Under the pieces are notes generated by a model. That model was not told the origin of the DNA. It saw nothing but the letters and a program-made list of their open reading frames with translations, and made no database searches. A stretch of DNA of 23,729 bases. It comes from Amoebophrya sp. A120. Taxonomy: Eukaryota > Protista > Dinoflagellata. Position 1 is the first letter of the stretch. The number at the start of each line of letters is the position of its first letter. Positions 12,501 through 21,500 of this stretch are shown one piece after another. The DNA is taken from positions 7,847,679-7,871,407 of the forward strand of contig CAJINV010000005.1 of NCBI GenBank assembly GCA_905178155.1, written 5' to 3'. The position numbers and the translations under genes are program-made.

Positions 12501-15500
12501 ATGGGCTGATGCAACGGTGCAGCAGAAATCATCAAGCATCGTATAGAAAAATTTTCCTCCCCCGTAAAAAATACGGTGCGATTCGAATGGGTAGAGCGCT
12601 TCTTCCAGAATACAAGTATGAAATTCGAAGCCTGCTCTTTCCTCCAGCATCTATTTCTACACAGATCTTTACTGCAGCCATCAGGCTAATAACTGAGATA
12701 AAAGGCGCCGAAGGCGCGCCAGCAATAGCTGTAGGCTTAACGTTGCACCATGACACGAAAAAAAAATCTGGTATGCAACAAGGCGCACTGCTTTATTTCT
12801 ATTCTGCTGAAAATATGCGCCGGAGTAGAAGGCTTTTTCGTTTCGCAAGCGTTCTGCCAGTTGCTGATATCGTATCCCGAAATTTCACTCGGCGCTTTGC
12901 AACCCTGCTGGCAGCAGTTTCCGTGCTGAATATGGCGTTCTCAACTGTTACATTCTCAATTGTATACATGATTTGTCATGCAAAATGACCATCATGAGCC
13001 ACCAGACGACCAACCTCCTGCTTCGCATGACAAATTCTCGGAGTGCTAAACAGCGTCTAAATCTGTACCAAATCTGTCATGCAAGACGCGCAGGCTCCCC
13101 CCTTTCACTTTTGCCATTCTCGCATCACAAATTCATGTAACAGCTGAGAGCGTAACAGTTGAGAACGCCGTACTGAAGGCAGTTGGTTTCGGAGTCTTGC
13201 TTGCCGTTACACCAGGGATATGCATTGCAAAAGTATCGTACTTACTCGTATAAATGCATTACAAATTTCCTCAGCATGAAAAATGTTGAAATTTGTAATG
13301 CTAATTCGCCTTAAGAGAGAGATTTGTATTGCATGCTTGCAATTACTACGAGTACGATACTTTTGCACAGGATAAGGGAACAAAATCACTCGAAGTGTAC
13401 GCCGTTTTGATGTCGTCGCCATCCTGTAGTCGGGTAAAGTACCACGGGCCACTTGGGTTGTTAATGTTGTGTGTCGCATGATATGCATCTGCAAATGTCA
13501 TGTCCGGGTCTGGAAGAAAACGAGTTTGTGATACTAGGTCTGGAAGTAGACGCGAACCTCTGTATTGCGGGCACAGCATGACGCACCCACTTTTGGCCAC
13601 GCGAAGGCGGAATTTCATCTCATGCAGTATTGGGATTGGTATTAGACAGCCGCATGACAACAAGTTGTGATGCTGCAGCTCGCATTTCAGGCCGTCTGCG
13701 TCATGCTAGACCTGCATGACAAACGCTGCAGGGGGGTTCCACACCCAGACATATTTGCAATGCGTACATGACAATCGACATTCGAACACTTGGCTATCCT
13801 GTGCAAAAGTATCGTACTCGTATTGCAATCATGCATTACAAATCTTTTTCTTAATGTAAATCAGCACTACAAATTTTATTTCTCACGCTGAGGAAATTTG
13901 TGATGCACCTATACGAGTACGATACTTTTGCAGTTCATATTGGCCCAACAGGGCCGATTGACGTACCAACCCTTATCCCCCGCGATCCACTGAAACGCCC
14001 GCACGGTGTCGTGTGGCGGCACTTCGCGCACCGCGTCGATCGTACTTCGACTTATCAAATGCAAAAGTGTCTGGGTCTGGAAACTTGTGATGCTGGGCGG
14101 CGTATCATGAGGAGGCCACAAGTGCTGGCTCAGCATGACAAGTTTCTGAGCTTCTAGGTGTTGCCTATTCTGAGTGACAAACTGCGTTTCTGCATGACAG
14201 AAAAGTGGCGCTCTTGGGTAACGTGCATGACAGACTTGAGAGTCATGCCGGACAAGCATGACAAACATGCGCTCTTCCAGAGGACCCAGACACTTTTACA
14301 TTTGATTCGACTGCAAGTTTTGCAATTCTGTGCTCCTGGGGCGGGACAGGTCTCCACGTTTGTCTCGTCCTTACTACCGTTGTCGCAGACACACTTGGGC
14401 ACGCAGTCACTCGTGCTGTCTACAGAAAGAGGTTGGTTGGACCCCGGACACCAAAAGGCCAGATCGTGATCGAGATTCGGTTCGTAGTCATTTTCGTTGC
14501 AGGCAAAACTTACCGTAATTCCCGACGCAACGCCGGTGTTCGTCATTTGGCCGCTCGTTTTGTAGTCGGCCGTTTGTTTCGGGTAAAGCGCCTGGTCTTG
14601 CAACACCGCGTTCCAATTCGGCGTGTATCAAGAGTGAGAACGTCCCCACTGCAGGGCCAAGATGGGCATTTTGCAACACAAATGCAGAAACTTTAGCATG
14701 TTCGCATGACAGGTTTGGGCTTCTAGCATACCAAATGCCAAAACACTACTGCATACAAATTGCTTCTTATCGGGATGCGCATGAGAAACAGTTTAGGCAT
14801 GCAGATTCGCATTACAACTCTGGGGTGTGCTCGTTTGTAACTAGGATAGCGTGGCCGTGTACTTGGCCAGTTCGTAGTCGACGGTAGACGGCTCGGTGCA
14901 ACTCTCTATGCATTGCAAAAGTCCTTATCCACCGTATACTAGAGTAAATCGAATTATAAGGAGGAAAGTGAAAATGCTGGTTTGATGATCGCTAGGAAAA
15001 AAAATCTGTCAGAGTGGTCAGTCATAAATGATTACATGCTCGTACGATACAACTTTTGCACCAGAGCATACCCTGCACGCAACACCGACCGGGCACGTCG
15101 TCCATGGTGCAGCGTTCAGAGTCACATTTTTTGGTTCCCGACTGGGAGATTTGATGGTAGCGCTTGCTCGCAAAGGCACTACTCGTTGCGCCACTCGGCT
15201 TCGTTCCGAGATAACAGTCCACGCCCACCGAGCACTTTTCCCGGCAGTTCCGCAGGCTCAAAGGCTCATTCACCCCACTGCACCAAAATTGCGCGGAGGT
15301 GGTGCCGTCGGCGGGGAGGTGCGTGGTTGCTATGGGGGTGTCAGGATCGAAATTGACAAAATCGAAAAATTTGTGATGCATAAAATCGATACCAGTTGAC
15401 GCCTCAGTTTGTAAGTGGCGCATGACAAATGTCGGGAGCACTCAAATCCAGTCTGTCATGCTGTTTGGGCAAAGGATACTGCTGCTGTCATGCTACTCTG

Positions 15501-18500
15501 GCAGCACATTGCATACCCCTCAACAGGCTTACAATCGGTCTCATTTGCCTGCTCACCAATACAGGCCTCCAGTGCCCTACATTTCATGCATCACAAGTTT
15601 TTCGATTTTGTCGATTTCGATTCTGACACAACCATAGTACTGTCGCAGTTTATATTCGAAGGCCAGTTACTCCACGCGGGATGGCCGGACGAAGACTCCA
15701 CGCCGGGGTACGCGAAGTATCAAAATGAAAAATCCCCCCTCCCCATATCGAAAAGGAACCCCTAAGAGACTTCGCGATGGTGCTTATTTGTGACCACAAA
15801 TCGCGTCTGTCTTGCAAGAAAGCGCGTCTGTCTTGCAACATGGGCTCCGCCCCATTATGCAGGCGGTTTGCAATGCTGTTGGTCCTACAGCATAGACGTT
15901 CCCCATGCTAAGTGCCTAGGCCAAAACCTCTCTACATTGGCATGATACTGCAAGACAAATCTGATTTGTGTACACAAAGCCAGCGTCAAAAGTTTCGTTT
16001 TGATATGGGGAGAGGGATTTTTTCATTTTGATACTTTGTCGCCGCGCTTTACCAAATCATCCCAGGAGAACGGGGATGTCAGTTCGTACCCGTAGCTATC
16101 CGAGGGAGGTGTGCAACCTAGAATGCAGCACGTATCTTTGTCGTTGTTGGTCGTGCAGGCTTTCTTTGCGCAGTACCTCGAGGCGTGGTCGGTTCTCTTC
16201 ACGTAGTACCCGAGATCCCCGCACCAACTGAATCCGCTGCATGCTTGCTTGGCATCGCAGCACGTGTTTTGGTCTACGGAACCTGAACAACTCGCGCCCG
16301 CGCACTGGATATGGATGTGTCAGGATCGAAATCGCCAAAATCGAAAAGTTTGTGATGCATATAAATGCAAGGCACTGAAGGCCTGTATTGGGGAGCAGGC
16401 AAATGAGACCGATCGCAAGCCTGTTTAGGGGTATGCAATGTGCTGCCCGAGTAGCATAACAGGAGCGATCTTCTTTGCCCAAACAGCACGACAGACCGGA
16501 TTTGGGTGCTCCCGAAATTTGTCATGCGCCACTTGGAAACTGAGGCTCCAACTGACATCGATTTTGTGCATCGAAAATATTTCGATTTTGTCGATTTCAG
16601 TCCTGACACTCCCATACTGGATGCTGCTTGCGTTGTCTTTCAGCACGGTGCTCGCGCTTGGGTTGCACTGGTAGGTGGAGCAGTAGGCTCTTCCATCGCA
16701 GCAAGCGCTATGGTCGTCGGCCTCGGAGCATATGAGATTGCACAACATCACCTCCCCCCTCGTTTGTCTTTGTCATGCAAAATCCTATAATCCAGTTACA
16801 GCACTGTGGCTGTGGCAGTGTCTGCATGACAAATTTTTTCGAAGCCCGAACTGTACTGCAATTGCCGCACGAAGTTGTCATGCGCATGCGTCGGATCCAT
16901 GTGCCCTGTGGTTTCTATTGCTCCTCATCATCATGCCCTTCTTCAAATCAGGGGAACGCGGGGGAGTTCTTGTCGTGCAACACTCTCATACTGCAGGGGG
17001 TCGACTTACAGCGCGTTGAGCCTGCGTTGCTTTTCAGTGTGTACCCATTGTTACATGTCAGCGTCGAGCAAAATGTATGGAGAGAAAAAAGTTTGTCACA
17101 GTCACTAACTTGCAGGTTTTGCATTACAAATTTTCTTAGCATCACAAATTTTCCTTGTATTGCAGAAACACTAGGGAAATCCCCAATGAAGTTCGGCTGT
17201 GATGCATTTTTACGCATGACAAACACATTTGTATTGCAAAAATGCGCATCAGTGATCGTGACGAACTTTTTTTCTTTGATAAAATGCTGATTGTTCGCAA
17301 CACCGGTCCCGGTCCGCACTGACAGAGCAGGTTGTTCCCGCGCAGCGCACGTTAGCGACTCCGCTTTTTTTCGTATTCTGAGTAAAAACGTCCCCTCCCC
17401 AGAGTTGTCATGCAAATCTGCATGCCAGAAAAGTTTCTCATGCGGGGCTCCACGAGAAGCATTCTCTAATCTTCGCGTTGGGGAATTTGTGATGCTAGAA
17501 GCAGCACGATATTCGAGATTTGTCATGCGAAACAGCCGAAGCTGGTTGATTTGTGTAGCACATTTTGCATCTTAACTCTGGTGTGGGGACGATTTTACTC
17601 AGGATATTTCGCGTAGTAATTGGGGCAGGTGAGATATGCAATACAAATTTCCCGTACACGCACAAAATGCATGACAAATCTCGCTAACTTGGAGTGTCCA
17701 ATTTGTCATGCTGAGTAAGATTGGAGACAAGTTTTGTCATGCAGAGCCAGCATCTGTACGTCGTGTACAGGAAATTTACTACGGATATGAGATCGCTGCA
17801 CTTCGCCTTTTCCTCGCAGCACACCTTCTGGTCATCCGCGATGGCCCCGGGGTTGCAAGCATCGCCCTTGGACACGCACACCGGATTACCGCCTTTCGCG
17901 ACGTGCGTGCTGCTCGGACAGGCGGACGCAGCGCTGCATTTTTTCACGCAGCACGTGTTTTTATCACTTGCTTTGGTGCAGCTGTTTCCGGCACAGTAGG
18001 TTGTCCCTGTGGTGGCCTTCACGTAGTTGCTGGCATGTCCACACACCGTACTGATGTTGATTTGGCTGCACTTCTCGTGGCATCCTCGCAGCTGCATGTT
18101 TTGGTCAGCGCCTGGGCACATGTATTGCGGGGACTGTGCAACGTGTATCAAGTGCAAAAGTGTCTGGGTCTGGAAACTTGTAATGCTAAAAACGAATGAT
18201 AGACGCACTGCAATACGCAGCTATGCATGGCAAATTTTTTGGCTGCCATGTCTTACGTATTCCGCATGGCAAAGGCAAACGGCGTTTTTGCATGACAGGT
18301 AAGAGGGCTTTTTCGTGCCTATGCAACACAGATTCTCGAGTCATGCCAGACAAGCATGACAAACTTGCATTCTTCCAGACCCAGACAACATTTTTGCATT
18401 TGATAACGTGCGTGGTCTCGCAACTAAGTACGTTGTTGACGTTCTTCCAGTTCTCGTCGGGCCGGGCAGCTGTGTTCTTACCGTTAACCCAACTATCAAA

Positions 18501-21500
18501 TGCAAAAGTGTCTGGGTCTGGGAGATTCCGAGATTTGTCGTGCAGAATTTCGATGCCCCATAAGGTCTGGAATGCAGGACCTAGCATGGCAGATTCTGCG
18601 AGGTCTCTATCATGCCCTTCGTGCATGAGAATCTCCCTCGCATGGTGGTCAGACAAGGGCGACTTTTGGTGATTGCGCAAGACAGATTTTTGTGTGATCC
18701 ACAGGACGCATCACCAGTTCCATTTTTCCAGACCCAGACATATTTGCAATCCATACCAACCACGACACCGCAACTGGTTCCAATCGTCCCCGCTGCGACC
18801 GTATACAACTGTGCAGAAGTATCGTACTCGTAGTAATCGCAAGGATGCATTTTTTTCGTAAGGTAAATCCGCATGACAAATTCGAATTCCATTTGTCATG
18901 CTGAGCCCATTATTTCTATATGCAATTTATACTAGTACGCTACTTGTTTTGCAATTCATAGACCGTCAGAGCTCACCTTGTAGCCTTTTTTTGCACCCGC
19001 GCTCAGCGCTTTGCACTTCTTCAAACAGCACGTGGTCCTGTCCACGTCCTCCACGCACTGGTTGCCGGCGCAGACCTTTATCCTGAGTAAAAACGTCCCC
19101 ACCCCAGAGTCAAGATGAGGACTCTGCAACACAAACCTAGAAGTTTTGGGAGTCACGCATGACAAGTTCCAGTCCGTAGTGTAGTGCAGGTTGGCAAGGA
19201 TAGCCGCATTATAAATCCATCTGCTTATGCTGTTTCCAGCATCACAAATTCCTCTAAACGGTTGGAAATGCCTATCATGGGGATGCGCGTCACAAATGTT
19301 CCTGTCATTGCAAATCTGCATGACAACTCTGGGGTGGGGACGTTTTTACCCAGGATAACCTTGGACATGTCCTTAGTCGGCCAGTCCCACCCACACAGGC
19401 CGTCATCCGTTTGCATCAACAGCTGCTTTCGACACGTTGGGGTCATGATCAAATGCAAACATGTCTGGCTTTGGAAGTAGAATGCGTGTGTGTTTTGTCA
19501 TGCATCTTTTAGATCATGATGCAAATGGTCTCTAATGCACGCAAAAGCATCACAGGTTTTGCGCAGGCCTTTTGATGCCTTTCCCGCATGAGAAATTCCC
19601 TATCTCTCTGCGTAGTAAGAAAAAATTATACAATGGGCATCTACTTTTATTGGCGCTCATGCAATACAAATTTTTGCCTATTCCAGAATCCGCATCACAA
19701 GGTGCCACCTTCCAGACCCAGACATATTTGCCATGCATGGTCATGATCATGAAGTCCCGGTCCCCGGCGTTCCAGGGCGATTCAACGTCGATATCCGTCT
19801 TCTTCAACCAAACAAACGAGTCCGAGTATCAAATGCAAGTATGTCTCAGTCTGGAAGATGAATGTGAATCCAAGGTTTGTCATGCACCTTTTGCATGAGC
19901 ATGACCCATGATGTCTTGTCTATGATGCATGCCCGAGCATCACAAACTTTTTGAGGGCTACTATCTGATGCGTTTACCGCACGACAAATGCCCTCTCCGC
20001 GTGAGAGCACAAAGTCGACTCCTCTTGCCTTTCGTGCAAGAACACAGATTTTTTTAGAAACCGGGGACAGCATCAGAAGTTCAAGTTGCAGCCTGCTTCC
20101 AGACCCAGACATATTTGCATTTGATACGGAGGGCTTGAGAACCATGTGCGTGCACTCGTAGTATCCTGTGCAAAAGTATCGCACTCGTAGTAATTGCAAT
20201 CATGCACTACAAATTTTTTTCTTAAGGTGAATCCGCATATACAAATTTCATTTCTCATGCTGAGGGAATTTCTTGTCATGCATTTATATATACGAGTACT
20301 ATACTTTTGCGATTCATATGCCGCGATTTGCGCAGTCGAGGCGCGCACTTTGCCAGTTCGTATTGCCGTAGTTTATGGCGTTCCCTACGTTACATTCTCA
20401 ACTGTTGCATGGATTTGTCATGCAAGAATGGGAAAAGTGCAAGGGGGAAGATAAAGAAAAAGATTGCGCCTCTTGCATTACAGTTTTGGCTCAGATTTAG
20501 ATGCTGTTTAGCCCTTCGGAAAGTTGTCATATGAAGCAGCTTGATGATGTGGATGCTCATGAGAATTCTGCATGCCGAATCATGTAACAGTTGAGAATGT
20601 AACGTCTGAGAACGCCATATACCAGCGAAATTCATTACCGCCTTTATCCTCGTTCACCCGTCTCTCACAGTCTGGGTAGTTCCCGGTGTCGCAGGTCATT
20701 TTGCAGCCGAACAACCTTAACCTGCCGCCGCCACTTGGGCACTGGTATTGTGGATAGTTCCCCGAATCAGAAACTTGAGCCGAATGCGTTGGAAAGCACG
20801 ACAGCCTGGGGTGCCAAACTGTTTCGGACGCGTACGCGAACCCCGGGCGCAGCGCGTAAAATTCCCCCGGCTTGTAAAGCTTCTGGAACTCGGTTCCCGA
20901 CCGGTGCGCTGCGCGGCTACGGGGCTTGTCGGTGCCCGAGAGGGGCTTTACCAACCGGTAGCCTTTCTTCTCATCATTCGAGGGCTCCGTGCAGGCGGGC
21001 GTTTCGCAGCAGGTGTTCTTGTCACTAGCCGCGCAGGTGCCGCTCGCACATTTTTTCGACTCGTCGGTCGTCAGCCACTTGTCCGTGCCGCAGACTATGG
21101 AAGCGTCAGGTCTGAAATCGACAAACTTAAAATCATGACTTGCTATGCATAAAATGCGGGCAGGAAGTGCTTGTCTTGCCGGGATGGCAACGGCAAGTGA
21201 GGCCGATTATGAGCCTGTTTAGGGTTTGAAATGAAGCTGCTAAGTAAAGCAGCATGACAAAAGCAGGCTTCCGTGCCCCAAGAGCGTGACGCATTAGATT
21301 CCGGCGGTCGGAAAATTTGTCACGCGCTGCTTGATATTAACTGGGCTTCCGACTGGTACAAATGGTATCGGTTTTAATATGCATGACAACCTATTTCAAC
21401 TGTGACGAAGATTTCGATCCTGACACATCCATACAGACTGTAGTCGAGGTAAAGTAGAAAAGCTTTGGCGTCGGAAAGTAGGGCTGAGTACTGCTTTGCG

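Noticed and set aside
12413-12988. 191-aa plus-strand ORF
   Set aside because: It spans intron, antisense exon and the TIR of element 12931 and has no recognisable domain.
16948-17526. 192-aa ORF reading through element 17076-17281
   Set aside because: Element plus DR is 211 nt. The true upstream exon is in another frame (VRCAGTTCSVSADRDRCCEQSAF), so the read-through is fortuitous.
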